Assembly: GCA_964016885.1 (NCBI GenBank)
Contig: OZ024745.1
Span: forward strand, 88,288,001-88,352,000
From: Eledone cirrhosa
Taxonomy: Eukaryota
Reading direction: 5' to 3'
Length of the DNA stretch: 64,000 nucleotides
The stretch's first letter is position 1, and each line of letters begins with the position of its first letter. The notes under the pieces are model-generated. The model had not been told where the DNA came from and did not search any database. It saw nothing but the letters and a program-made list of their open reading frames with translations. Positions 43,027-57,029 of the stretch are shown piece by piece. The position numbers and the translations under genes are program-made.

Positions 43027-43141
43027 CTTGGAACAGCAAGAACCCTCCGATACGTCCTGAATATCTGAGGTGCAGGTAGTGGCTTGATATTCAATCCAAC
43101 GGACTTTCCAGTTAACCAACATCAATGACTGAGATTCAAGG
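43027..43141 (+). mobile_element. R4/Dong copy 3 (~115-bp 3' end)
   Basis: Matches 39287-39402. (AAT)n on both sides. Confidence 0.9.
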
Positions 43142-43180
43142 AATAACAATAACAATAATAATAATAATAATAATAATAAT

Positions 43181-43622
43181 AGGTGCTGTGGGATTTTAGG
43201 ATACAGACGGACAAAAAACTGGAACACAATAGACCTGACCTGGTGGTTGTGGACAAAGAAAAAAGATCGTGTCTGATTGTGGATGTGGCCTGCCCGTTCG
43301 ACACGAGAGTGCAAGAGAAGGAGAGGGAGAAAATTAACCGATACCAGGACCTAAAGTGAGAGGTGAAAAGGATTTGGAACTGCCATTAAGTCAAAGTGAT
43401 CCCGATTGTCATAGGCGCACTGGGGACTATCTCCAAAAGTTTCCAGGGATGGTTAAAGAAAATCGGCCCCTTCACGCTTTTTGGAACGCTTCAAAAGGCA
43501 TGCTTGCTTGGAACAGCAAGAACCCTCCGATACGTCCTGAATATCTGAGGCTGCAGGTAGTGGCTTGATATTCAATCCAACGGACTTTCCAGTTAACCAA
43601 CATCAATGACTGAGATTCAAGG
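43181..43622 (+). mobile_element. R4/Dong copy 4 (~440-bp 3' end)
   Basis: Matches 38961-39402. (AAT)n on both sides. Confidence 0.9.
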
Positions 43623-43819
43623 AATAACAACAATAATAATAATAATAATAATAAGAAGAAGAAGAAGAATACAAAGACGATTATTGATTGGTGAGGCGCG
43701 TTTCACAATTGGTCAGCACAAGGTTTGCTTTGTATCGATCTTGCCCGACTCTGGAATCAAAAGCTCGTCGGACCTCTGCTGTTGCAATGACAGTATGTAT
43801 ATATATATATTTTTTTTTT

Positions 43820-45630
43820 CAAACGTAACTTCGTTGAATGTTCATAATACCAATCTAAATCAAACACTATTATTCCTATCGTAAATAACTTCTCCAATAA
43901 TTAACACTAGGTCACTTGTTAATAACTCTGTTAATTTCTCTAATCGTAATTGTAATTGCCCTATTAAAACTAAATGTCCTCTTAATAACCATTGTCTTGA
44001 TAAAAACTTACTCTATGAATGTATGGTTATAACTGATACCATTTCCTTTATCTATCTCGGTTCCACTTCCACTTCTTCAAAGCTAGATTTTATAATCACA
44101 ATTCGTCTTTTAAATACAAACTTAAAAGAACTAACACGGCAATCTCGGAACTCATATGGTCCTTGAAAGACAAAAATATTAACTATAACATCTCTTGGAG
44201 GGAGGTTTGTTCTGTCTTTCCTTACCTGAATTCTTCCCTATCCAGAACATGTAATCTCTGCCTAGCCGAGAAATTTACCATTATATCTAATTGCAATTCT
44301 ATAATAAATAGACGCACGGATTTATTTTCTCTCTGCTTGCATAAATTCCACAGAACATTCCATAAAGTATACAGCTAATATCTCAATACCTTACTAGTTT
44401 AAAATTCTTTTTCTCAAAGGCTTATATATCTTTTACAAATATACCCATCTTTCTACCTTATTTCAATATTATATATTATATAATACAATTTACTCATTCT
44501 ATATCATTTCTCTCTATCATTTTCCTTTCTTCCTTTTTTTCTTTTTAATTTCTAACCTCTAATCTGTACTTTTTTTTCCCAACTACTTCTCAATTCTTAT
44601 TATTACTCACCACAACATTATCCATTCTTCCATCTTTCCTCATAAAAAATTATTTGTTTAATACGTTATAATATTACCATTAGAAGTCCTTCGTAAACAT
44701 ATACATTTTTTGACGTTAGATTTTTTTCTTCCTTAAATTTTTCATATCTCTTCCATCCTTTCATGCTCGTTTTAAACTACTACTTAATTTGACTTTTACA
44801 TATTAAAATACATAAAAACAAACATAAATCCTAACTAATTTCTTTTAATATATTATATTATTACCATTAGAAAATATTTCGTAAGCATATATACTTTTTG
44901 ATGTTAGATATTTTCTTCCTTAAACATGCTTTTCTTCTTTCCTTCCGCGCTCAGTTTAAACAAACTATTTACTGACACATATTACATTACATAAAAACAA
45001 ACTTAAACCCTAACTAATTCCTCTAAATTCATAACTCATTTATTCCTCTACTTCTTTTCACAGTATATCTTTAATATCATTAATATTTTAATTTTAATAA
45101 TACATATTAATAAATTCTTTTCCTCGCACATATTATTAAACCCTTCAATATACAACCTTAATTTAATACTATTCTTAATTCCTTTTCCTTCATGCATAAA
45201 CCTCATTAACTTTTAATTTCCAAATCTTTTAAATTATCTATTATCTTCCAACGGCTTTTTAATTTCTCTCTGTGAGACAATATATATTTTTTCTCAGTTG
45301 TAAAGGCTATCTCTCTCTCTCTATCACCCATCTCTCCTCCTCTCTCATCCTTCCTTCTGATACTCCTCCCCCACCATCCTTTACTCTCATTTCTTCCTCT
45401 TCCTTACCTTTTCCAACCACCCCCCTCATTTTGTCCCAATCTCATACATCAATCTTAATTTATTTTTCATATGTTGATTTAAAACTTCACTATTCACAAG
45501 TGATTTTTAAGCTTCATATCATGTCTCCCTTTTTTATCTGATGAGAACGCAGATATCATCCCATGATGATATTTGTTTTTGAAATGCGCATAATAAAATA
45601 CTTGGAACTCTTTTAACCATCTTTTTATCT
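43820..45630 (+). mobile_element. PLE (Naiad-like) 3' remnant with a terminal hammerhead
   Basis: CNCPIKTKCPLNNHCL, IYLGS, CNLCLAEK..INRRTDLFSLCLH. Long AT-rich 3' region followed by (TA)n. Confidence 0.8.
45532..45598 (+). ncRNA. Minimal type-I hammerhead ribozyme
   Basis: TTTTAT-CTGATGA-GAACGCAGATATCAT..ATGATATTTGTTTTT-GAAA-TGCGCA-TA-ATAAAA. Confidence 0.85.
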
Positions 45631-45635
45631 TATAT

Positions 45636-45688
<53 letters not shown>

Positions 45689-46752
45689 GTAAACAGAAAT
45701 AACAACACAATTGGTACAGTATATGGAAGGTATATATTAGGTTAACGCTTGATAATATTTTATATAAGGAATTAATTCCCTAATTGCATATTGCTTCACG
45801 CATATAACGAGTTTAAACATACGTTTTGAGAATGACGAATGTGGAGAAAATTGTGTTGGAATTTTAGCAACATTCTCTGTTGAAATAAATGTTAAAATGA
45901 ACGCTACCTTTCCTGGTTATTTTTAGCGAAGTAAGTTTAATTAATTAAAATTAAAACCTTAGTGATCAGAACTATTTTTATCAAAAAGACATATTGTGTG
46001 AAAAAAATAAAGAACAGATGAATTTTTTATTAATTAAATCAGATTAAAAACCTAATGAACTAAGGAGTGAGTTCGATGTTTTGCAAATCATTAACAATTA
46101 CACTTACGTTTTGAACTCATTTCAAGGCATTGTTTAAAAGAAATGATTAGACTCCGAAAATATATTTAAGGACAGAAGCGACAGGCTGCTTAAAAAGAAA
46201 AAGAACAACCTATGCTTGGTAAATGTTTAGATGAACTATCAAATATATTGTTGACGTACTTACACACACTTGTGGTTGGATGTATGTTAAGTACCTCCAT
46301 AAACTATCGTTGACTGTTTATATACGACCCCTGAATATTTAGAAATAGTAGCGGTTTACATGAAAGAGATATTTTGTAACCGTTGTCATGGATATATATA
46401 AATCGTAAGTTTGTGTCTTTACTAGACCTTCTTTCTGTTTCTCCATTGTGATCCTGTCTCTATTTGTACTCCTGAAGAAGGGCTTAAGCCCGCCACGTCG
46501 AACCTTCTTTCCTCTTTCCAATATAAAGCGTGAAACTAATAAGACTTTTTTTGTACCTCTGTTGTCTCCATTATATATATATAGAAAAAGCCGGGGCTGA
46601 GTTCTTGTTTCAACAGCTTGTTTCAGTCTGAAACCACTTGTTCAAACGATAAGATCTCAGTTGTGGGGCCCCGACTCTGTCTAATATAGCCTTATTCTAC
46701 TATCCCAAATATCAAGTACTCTGTTGAGTAATGGTCTAACTAGTTTATTACT

Positions 46753-46877
<125 letters not shown>

Positions 46878-48009
46878 TATATGTGTATGTATTCATATAT
46901 ATGTATATATGTGTGTACACATGTGTATGAAATACCAGTACCAGAGAACAACGTAATAAAGTAATGAAGCTTAAGACTTATAAGAGTTTGAATAATCTTA
47001 ACGTTTCAACTCATGATCGGAAGTGAAATAACATAAAGGAGATAGAATGGCAACTGTTACAATTTTTATCTGAAAAGACACTTGAGACTGTATACACGTT
47101 GTCCAACGTTAAGTCACTTAACATATTTGACTCTGATCTCAAAAACAAATTCTAACTCTTATTTGGTCACTGAAACATTATAGAATAAATTCGGTTTGAA
47201 ATAGCCTATCAGCATTTTAATGTCTGTTTTTGACTCCCTGGAAGCCTCCGTAGTACTCCATTACGTAATCCTTTATAAGAAAGTAAAACACTAAAAATTC
47301 CATTTCAATAATATTATTTAATTTTTCTTTCATTTTGTTGTATAAAATTGATTAAGTGCTGATGATCGTCATAAGCCTAAGTTATCACATATATCCCCCC
47401 CCCCCCCTAAAAAAACTGATTAAGAACTGAAATTGAAATTTAATAATAAAACTGAACATCAATATCTAATATTATTTCCTAAATTAAAGAAAAAAAAAGA
47501 CATGCTCGTCTTCGTTTCAATATTAAATATTAACTATTTCCTATTCAAGTATATTTCTGTTTATGAAAATAATTTAGTCATATCAATTTGAAATTTAAAT
47601 AACTTCTAATAGAAAAAATAGTAATTCTAGGACTTGAGTTTGGAAATTACCTTGACTTTCAATAGTAATCGCGTTAAATAATTAGTAATGAACACCTAAA
47701 GAGGGGAATATTCTACTTTGATACTCATATCTTACATTATCACACCCGAAAATGCCTGTAATCATTCGATTAAAACAGCAATCCAGTACATTCCTAGCAT
47801 CTAATTTTCTAATTAGCAAAGGTGGAAAATAAAGACGAAATAATCCCCTGTGAGTTATATAATTCAGAATGATAGACACTCCATCTGATTCAATGTTGAG
47901 CATACGGTTATAAGTGGATGATTCATAGACACGTGTACCGAATGACTGTTTCTTGTATCCAGACGAAAATACACACACTTAGATGCATGAACACAGACAT
48001 ACTTATACA

Positions 48010-48088
48010 CAAGTATATAAATATATAAGTATGTATACGTACATACATATATGTATACAGACGTACAGTAGTATGTGCACACATACAT

Positions 48089-48174
<86 letters not shown>

Positions 48175-49110
48175 GGATGGGTTTACCGAACATTTATTAT
48201 AATGTTCGGCTTGTTTGTAAACAAACAGCCCGAATTAAGCCGTACAGTGTTCGTCAACCATCGTTGCCCTTTTTTTCAACACTAACAAAGGGACCATGAA
48301 CTAGTTTCTAGTTTCTTATCTGTTGTCACCACAGTATATCTTCCTGTCAATTGATTGAACGTTTGAAATTATATACTTTCCTTATGCATATTAACGACTG
48401 AGCATTAATTCGGGCTGTTTGTTTCGGGCTTTTTGTTTACAAACAAACCGAACATTATAATAAATGTTCGGTAAAACCATACATACATATATATATGTAT
48501 GTGCATGTATGTATGTATATACATACTACTGTAAGACTGTATACATATATGTATGAACGTATACATACTTATATTTAAGTATCAGCCGTGAGAAATTAAA
48601 TTTCATTTTTTCCATTTATCTTTTTCGTACGCCCGGCCGACTGACTCACTCAATATGCAAATTAGGCTGCTCAGCCGTTAATATGCATAAGGACTGTATA
48701 TACTTTCAAATGTTCAATCGATTGACAGGAAGGTAAACGATGCTGATGACAGCTAAGAAGCTAGAAACTAGTTCATCGTTCCTTTGGCAGTGTTGAACAA
48801 AAAAGGCCACGTTGGTCGCTGAACACTGTACGGCTTAATTAGGGCTGTTTGTTTACAAACAAACCGAACATTATAATAAATGTTTGGTAAACCCATACGT
48901 ACATATATATATGTGTGCATGTATGCATATATATACATACTACTGTACGTCTGTATACATATATGTATGTACGCATACATACTTATATTTAAGTATCAGC
49001 CGTACTAATAGTGAGAAATGAAATTTCATTTTTTCCATTCATCGTTTTCGGTACGCCCAGCCGACTAACTCACTCGATATGCAAATTAGGCTGCTTAGCC
49101 GTTAATATGC
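48010..49110 (+). mobile_element. Retrozyme-like non-coding element: one inverted partial unit plus ~1.6 tandem units of ~425 bp
   Basis: AGCCGTTAATATGC recurs near 48673 and 49097. 48010-48400 is inverted. Hammerhead at 48736. Confidence 0.7.
48736..48780 (+). ncRNA. Minimal type-I hammerhead ribozyme
   Basis: AACGATG-CTGATGA-CAGCT-AAGA-AGCTA-GAAA-CTAG-TT-CATCGTT, with a perfect 7-bp stem I. Confidence 0.8.
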
Positions 49111-49617
49111 GTGCACTGCCCACTCCTTACACCTGGTAATACGTGCCGTTCGTGCAGGGGTTGGGGACACAGTTCTTGCACATTAGGATTATTAAAATTC
49201 CCTCTGCCATGGAACCAATATTTTATACTATCTGTTTGAACCGAACCCGTTTGAACACACCCCATAATAGTAATAGTGAAGCTATCGGGCTTATTAACAT
49301 ATCATTAGGTAACCGAGTTTTAATAGTCTTTAGTATGACACACCTGACAATTTTGGAGGTCCATTAATAGTTAATAATATTGTTTTTATTTGTACGCACC
49401 TTGTAGTATTAGTATGATTTTATAGATCGTTAGCGTAACGTCCTTAATATTGATGACGAATGATAATGGAACATATATTGCAGCCCCATTTGGCTTAGCC
49501 CCACAGACCCATATGGGCGAACGCGGTGCCCAGCAATTTCACAGCTTGTGTATTCAGCATATTTTTTCAGGGGTGTAGCACTGCAGACACACACACACAC
49601 ACACACACACCCTCTCG

Positions 49618-49672
<55 letters not shown>

Positions 49673-50244
49673 TATATATATATATATATAAACATGCCAT
49701 TTGATAAGTTTATAGAATATGCCGAATAAAGAGGGCCCAGTTTGTTTTGTTTCTACCAGAATAACAACGCCTTGTTAACCGATGGCTGTGTACTTTGAGA
49801 TTTTCATGTGAATCGCAGATGGTCTGGTACAGTTAACAAGGAATCTACATGAAACTTAATCGTCTAGAAGCTTAGTTCATGCCTAATTTCACTTTGAATA
49901 ATCCTCTAACAAAAACTTAAAACAAACAGGAAATTAAGAATGAAAATTACATATAAGATAATTGTAGACCAAAAAATGTCAGCTCACTGAACCACACACC
50001 ACAAAGTATGCAACGTCTTGTTTTAAATAGGCAATTGACGTGATTAAAAATGCTAAGTTCACCGTTTCGAATCTGTAGGAGTACATTGCATTGTGTCCAT
50101 ATCCAAGATAATAACACTAATATATAGTTTGAACAGCAAGGAGTATATTCCACATCCATAGCAATTAGCAGCATTTTGGAATTAATGAATGTTGAAATCA
50201 ATGTTTCCTGCTGTGAAGGCTTGCTATCAGATCAACATTATATT

Positions 50245-50772
50245 TAGCCCGCCGAGGTTAACTTTGCCTTTCATCTTACGGAGTCGATAGAATAAAGCAC
50301 CAGTAAGACACTGGCTAATTGCTGGCCTTGTGCCAAAAGTAAAACAATTCTTTTTAGGTGGATTGGCAGTATCGGTACACCATGCTTTGTAGCATAGAGT
50401 TACGGTCCTTTATGATCTGAGTTCAAATTCCGCCGAGGTTAACTTTGCCTTTCAAGAGGTCGATGAAATAAAGTACCAGTTATGTACTTGGTTAATTGCT
50501 GGGCTTGTGCCCAAAGTAGAAACAATTATATTTAGGTGTATTTACAGTATTGGTAGAGCGTCAGACACCATGCTTTGTAACATAGGGTTATGGCCCTTTA
50601 CGTTCTGAGTTCAAATCTCGCCAAGGTTAATTTTGCCTTTCATCCTTACGGGGTCGATAAAATAAAGCCCCAGTCATTACTGGTACTTTATTTTACCGAC
50701 CCCGTAAGGATGAAAGGCAAAGTTAACCTCAGCAGTAATTGCTGGCCTTGTGTCAAAAGTAGAAACAATTAT
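50245..50772 (+). mobile_element. Tandem cluster of SINE copies, the last with an internal inversion
   Basis: Units at ~50245-50350, 50356-50530 and 50533-50670. Inverted core at 50678-50730, then a sense tail to 50772. Confidence 0.8.
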
Positions 50773-50984
50773 GTTTAGAATACAACAAAGCATTTATCCT
50801 TTCCTTCAACCAGTTAAATGTAGAACACAAATCATTGCAAATCAAGGCCACTGTAAAAAAGACAACGGGAAGTATACATTGGGTAATCAAATTCTAAATA
50901 TACAAGTAGACGTAACGTTGTTCGATCAGAGGGTTTTTAGACATTGTTAAACACATCTCTTTGGTACATTTACGATAATAGGTG

Positions 50985-51240
50985 CTTGGTATCAAGTATG
51001 ATACACTTACACTTACTTGGTATCAAGTCTGATACACTTACACTTACTTGATATCAAGCCTGGTACACTTACACTTACTTGGTATCAGGTATGATACACT
51101 TACACTTACTTGGTATCAGGTATGATACACTTACACTTATTTGGTATCAAGTATGGTACACTTACGCTTACACTTACTTAATACCAGGTATGGTACAATT
51201 ACACTTCCATTTACTTGGTATCAGGTAGGGTATACTTACT
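50985..51240. repeat. 31-bp minisatellite, about 8 copies
   Basis: Unit CTTGGTATCAAGTATGATACACTTACACTTA. Confidence 0.9.
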
Positions 51241-51271
51241 TCAGAGAGATTGTCATCATCGTCACTTCATA

Positions 51272-51694
51272 TCTATATATCTAAAACAGAGAATGTCTGT
51301 CTGTCTGACTCCCTAAAACTCGAGAACCACCCAACCAATTGTTTTCAAACTTTACACATGTAATACTTATGGTCGTGTGAGTGTTTTCAGCAAAACATAT
51401 TTCAAATTTTTAATGCACTAGGGACCGCATTAGGCGATTTAGCGATCTCAATCTATAATTCTTAGTCTTTCTTTTTAGATAGATACATAGATATAACGTT
51501 GCACCCTTATAATATCTATGTCTGTCTGTCTGCATTACGACATTATGACGCTATATGTGTGTGTATATATATATAGTGTGCAACGTTTTTCGAAATATTT
51601 ACTTCTGTGTTCACAGTTTGATTTTTTTAGTTTCAGAAGATCCCGTTAAGGGTGAAAGCAGCAATTATTTGCTTAAACTTTGCTTAATCTGTTA

Positions 51695-51738
<44 letters not shown>

Positions 51739-51879
51739 TATATTCGTGTACAGATATTTTTGCATACACAATAACAAAATATAAACAAACGTATTTATTT
51801 CACGCGGCTCAATATGGACAAATATATATCAAATATATAAGAACCCTGGAGCAAATCACGAGCAATGCCATTCTGCTAG
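51272..51879 (+). mobile_element. Non-autonomous Helitron
   Basis: Starts A^TCTATATATCTAAAACAGAG with (TCTG)n and ends ..TGCTAG^T. Confidence 0.65.
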
Positions 51880-53733
51880 TAATCCATTAAAATATAAGAA
51901 GATACCTTCAGTGATAGGAAACTATGAAGGATGAATTGACTGTGAGATGGAGGGATAACGTTTTTTAATTCAACCAACTTATACACATCGCAATCAGAAA
52001 GCAGGCTAGGTTTCTATAGCAAAGCAGACATTATGGAATCAATCGACAGTATTCGGAGACCAACTGTTAGGAAAAATTCTAATTTACATTGACTATTGTA
52101 CTGCCCACGAAACAAACTCTCAAGAATATGGCGATATTACGGTTGCTTAAAGCAACATTCCCCAGAGATTCGAGATACCCAATCATAAATAAATGGATTA
52201 GGCGCTTTGAGAATCAAGTGTGTTAGTTACAAACCAAATGCTGCAACAATATATTATGAAGCATAGTGTTGATGTTCCATATAACCTTGAGATAAATTGG
52301 CCATTATTGAAAGAATGATATCTACTATAGAAATCGTGCTCCCAATAAAACTGATTAAATAGTTCATGTATGATATCAATACTACAAGTTTATAATTTAA
52401 TCATTGACTAACACTCTGGTAGTGGCTTAAGAAATGATACCAATACAGATCAGTGTCTTCTTTGGGGATTTAAATCAGCAGCATAGCAATTAATTATATA
52501 GAAGGGTCAGTAAGATACAAATCATTATATCAAAGATGATCCATATTCCCTACATATAATATAGGATTTAACATCAACATTATTCAACTCCTTTCGATTG
52601 TTCACATTATTAATTACTGATTTGTTTTCTTTAGAAAAACGGCATCATTTTTATAGAAGGAAGTAAAATATGATATCGGATCTTCTAAAATTGTATGGAA
52701 TCAAAATCTGATTGGGTATTCTGTTCATTGTTTTCCTTTTGTTTACCTGCGATGGAGGAATCGTTAGAGCGTTGACGAAATGCTTTTTGATATTTAATTT
52801 TCATCGTTGAGGCTAGACAAAATAAATCACAAGCCAAATACGGGGTCGACTTCCCGCACCCTACAAATGACTAGATGAGGGCGATGTGTTCTCCCTCTTA
52901 AATATATGTGTACTCATTCACGCCATTCACATAACAGAAATATCCCACCACATAAGCATCCATCATGATCTAATTTTAGAGCAGGGTAATTTATAGAAAC
53001 TGTTTAAAAGAAAAGTGAAATGAGACACATTCCAAGAAGTAATTATAAAGCATAGAGTTAAGAAGAAAAAAAACAACGTGTGTAAAAGGTAAATTTGAAC
53101 AGAGCATCGACGTGAATTCGATATATTACCTGGGAGTTAGGATAAGTCGATAGTTTACTTGGTACATAATTGGATTCGCTGTGTAACGATGAAGTAGGAG
53201 ATCTAAAAGGGATGTTATGTCATGTTATACACTGAAACATGCAACGCCTGTTACTGTTGCTGCTGCTGCAGATATATATGTTTGTGTGTGTAATACATTA
53301 TATCGACTTACATCTATGGATGCAGGCAAACAAAATTTGGTTGGCTTATTTATTCACTGATAGAAAGTGACAAGCAGTTTTAAGCGGCCTATAGTTTTAC
53401 ATTCACTCCAACTAGAGGTGTCAAATTCTACATAGAATCAATGAACTAAGTGGTACCAATAAACTAAGTGGTAGTACCACTGTAAGGATTGAAGACGTAA
53501 AGGTGGAAGAAAATAGCATGTAATTAAATTAACATTTAAAAAAAAATTGCAATTTTTCATCAGCATTCCAGATAATGTTTATCAGAAGAAAATCCAGGTG
53601 TTTAAAAGTATTATAATGGAATCCATATATTTTTTTGGTGCAATGCAACAGTAAACTTGTTTATGGCATACGTAGTACATAAAACTACACACATATAATT
53701 ATAGCTGTATATACATATACATATATATATACG

Positions 53734-53826
<93 letters not shown>

Positions 53827-53836
53827 ACGTATATAT

Positions 53837-53895
<59 letters not shown>

Positions 53896-54016
53896 TATCG
53901 TTATTAAATATAGAAACGGCTTATACATTCGTATGAAATCATATCATCAGAAATGCCCTGACAATTTCATCAAAATGAAACAGCTCTAGTCTTGATGAAG
54001 CCATTACTATATTAAA

Positions 54017-54205
54017 TAATTGTTTCTACTTTAGGCACAAGGCCAGCAATTACCCAGTGCATTACTGGTACTTTATTTTATCGACCCCGTAAGGATGAAA
54101 GGCAAAGTCAACCTCGGCGGGATTTGAACTCAGATCGTAAAGGGACGTAACTATGCTGGAAAGCATGGCGTCCGACCCTCTACCGATACTGCCAATCCAC
54201 CGCCT
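54017..54205 (-). mobile_element. tRNA-derived SINE, full length
   Basis: Same family as the other copies. TTACTATATTAAATA appears on both flanks (~54004 and ~54206), consistent with a target-site duplication. Confidence 0.85.
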
Positions 54206-54293
54206 TTACTATATTAAATAATGACGTTTACACTCTACTAATGTATTGAGTACCTTATTTAATCTGGTTACCCCCGATTTAACTAGAGCTCCC

Positions 54294-54382
<89 letters not shown>

Positions 54383-54649
54383 CAAGAAAGACAGGTTCAT
54401 TTGCCCATCCCTATTTATTTTGTTAAACGTATTTCGAAGACGTATGGCAGTTGTATAACATCTGACCTACACGTTCTCTTGAGATAACAATCCACATGAG
54501 ATGTAAATATTCATTGATATTTTGCCGGTCGTACGGGTTATTCACCTCTGCGACTAGCAAGAATACGTCCGAAAATTTTCCAGCAGTAGTTCTTATGTGG
54601 GTGGGAGATAGATATTCCAATTGGCGTTGCTATATATATATATATTAGT

Positions 54650-54950
54650 CTTAGATTCTCCTATGCCCTGGGGTATATTAGGCAATGGTCTTTCTCCAAT
54701 TTACACGATCAGCTGCGGCATGTAGCATAGTTTCCCAGTCCAGTTTAATCTTCTGAAGATCTTCTTTGAAACCTGAGCGCCACCGAGTGGTATCCATCTC
54801 ATCGTCACAGAAGTGTTTCCGTACTCAGACATGCGCAGAATATGATCAGCCAATTTAAGGCACATTTCAACGATGGTGTCAGTGAGAAAAAGAGAGAGAG
54901 AGAGATCGGTGTGTTAAGCAACCCAATGGTACCCTGAAGTTTTATATGAA
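54650..54950 (-). mobile_element. LINE (RTE-like) 3' fragment
   Basis: Minus-strand translation LKLADHILRM..FKEDLQKIKLDWETMLHAAADRVNWR. Confidence 0.5.
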
Positions 54951-57029
54951 TATATACAGAATCGAGTTAACCTTGAGTGCGTAAATACCTTTAGAGATTT
55001 ACAAATATTCAAATCGAGTCACATTTAAAACATTATCACTCATTCTTTTTTTGTTTGCCAGTGAAGATATCGAGATAATCATTCCATCGTTTTACTTATT
55101 TTCTATCATTCGCTTACTCTTTATCTTTGACAGCTGGCTACTTCCATACAATCTAATTAGTTTGACAGCGAATAAATACATATAGCTCATTATTATGTGC
55201 GGAGTTTTGAATAAAACTGTTTAAGACAACATACCTCCAAGCCATTGTCTTGCTCCATATTCATGAATTACCTAAAATGAATAGAAAATAGGGAAATTGA
55301 GAAATGCAGAAACAACAATATACATAATCTCACTCTTCAAAAATAAAGAAATGTATTCGAAGAAATATATATTACGAGGAAAAGAACTGTAAATAAAGGC
55401 CATTTTCTTGAATGCATTATTGGTTTTGAAAAGTATATTTTTGTGGAATGAAAGGTTGCTTCAGTTTTTGCATGATTTGATGACATAGAAAAGAAAATTG
55501 TTAACCTGAACTGAATTGAGGAACAAAAATAAAATAAGCTATCTTGATTAGTTGCAAATTATATCGAAGTGTAAATCAATGTCAATTGAAAACCAAATTG
55601 CCTGAGAGGAGAAAAGCAAACACTTCAGACAGAATAAATAAACAGCTTCATTAGTCGTGTAATATTCAGACTGCGTTAAACTTAGGAAAACAAAAACTAA
55701 ATAACCCCATCAAAGCAAATAGTTATATAAACATTTGGTCGTCAAGTATGAAATTTGTAGAAAAAATACATATGACGATATGCCTCACTACAAATTGCAT
55801 AATTGATGACCCAATATAAAAGAAAGCAAGCTGAGAGAATTAATACACGTGTTGGTAGAATTGTAACAAGACTGTGTTCCTTTTGAGATCCTTAAACGCG
55901 CAGTTCTATGAATAAGGGCATTCCATCCGCGATCAATCTCTCTTTGGGGTTGAGTAATCTGGAACTATGATATCTATATGAGCCTTCTCTATAAGACTTG
56001 ACATAAGGAGATGAACTCCGGAAGTAAATGATTTAAAACATCTTATAGTAATAAAAGTATAGATATACAAGAAAAAAAAATCATTTTTTTGAAATAGATA
56101 GAAGCGAAATATTCTAAAAGGTGTTGATTCCTTTTACTTCCGTACAAAGGTTAATGAATATAGGATACATTTACGATAATGTGAAATGAGGTAGTGTCAC
56201 AAGGGAATTGAAACCGTGTCGTTGTTTAGTCCTGTTTGTAATTTGCGTCTTGACTTACGGCGTTTGAAGCATAAATTAATCAGAAGTATTGATTTGTGTT
56301 AGCTGGATACAATACGCTATATTTGTACTGTTTATTTTTATCTCAGTTATTAAAAAACAGTGACTCTGATATAATCAGGATAACCGAGAGATTATACTAA
56401 TTATATTACACCACTGGGAAAATATTAAACATTTTATATATAGATATGACTGCTATGGTTTCTAAAAGAGACAAAACAGGATGTAAAATTGTTGTGTAAT
56501 CCCAATTAGTTCGTGGTCACGTAAACCGATGATCAAATGTTTATTAACTTTGATCACTCAGCCTTTTCAAACAGTTTATCTCAGTCTACATTGTCAACTA
56601 TCATTAAAAAGACGATAGATTATGATTTAAGACACACAGTAGCCGCTATATCTTGAAACACTTTTTGTGATAGAATAAAATTAATAAAATATATTGGCAT
56701 TTGATGAACTAATAACAAATAATAAAGCTGCAGTGACAATCAAACAGTTCGCGTGTTTTTATTGGCAAAATTAGCAACATTACCATCCCCAAGCATAAAA
56801 ATATATGGAATTTTGTAATAATATTATCCATATTGAATATTTATCAAAGCGCTGGTTAAGTTGCACTCAGATACTCGGAACAATTTAATCCACTTGAGCA
56901 TTTATATTAAGACAGGTGGCAAATAACAACATTAGTAAAATGTTTAACCAAATACTTTATAGTATTTGTTACAGATATGTACTGAGTTCCACCACGAAGG
57001 TACTTAAATTAGAAACCATTTTTATCATG

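Noticed and set aside
29980-44380. Selenocysteine-encoding Naiad-type PLEs
   Set aside because: The conserved Cys positions read in these fragments use TGT or TGC rather than in-frame TGA, and no SECIS was recognised.
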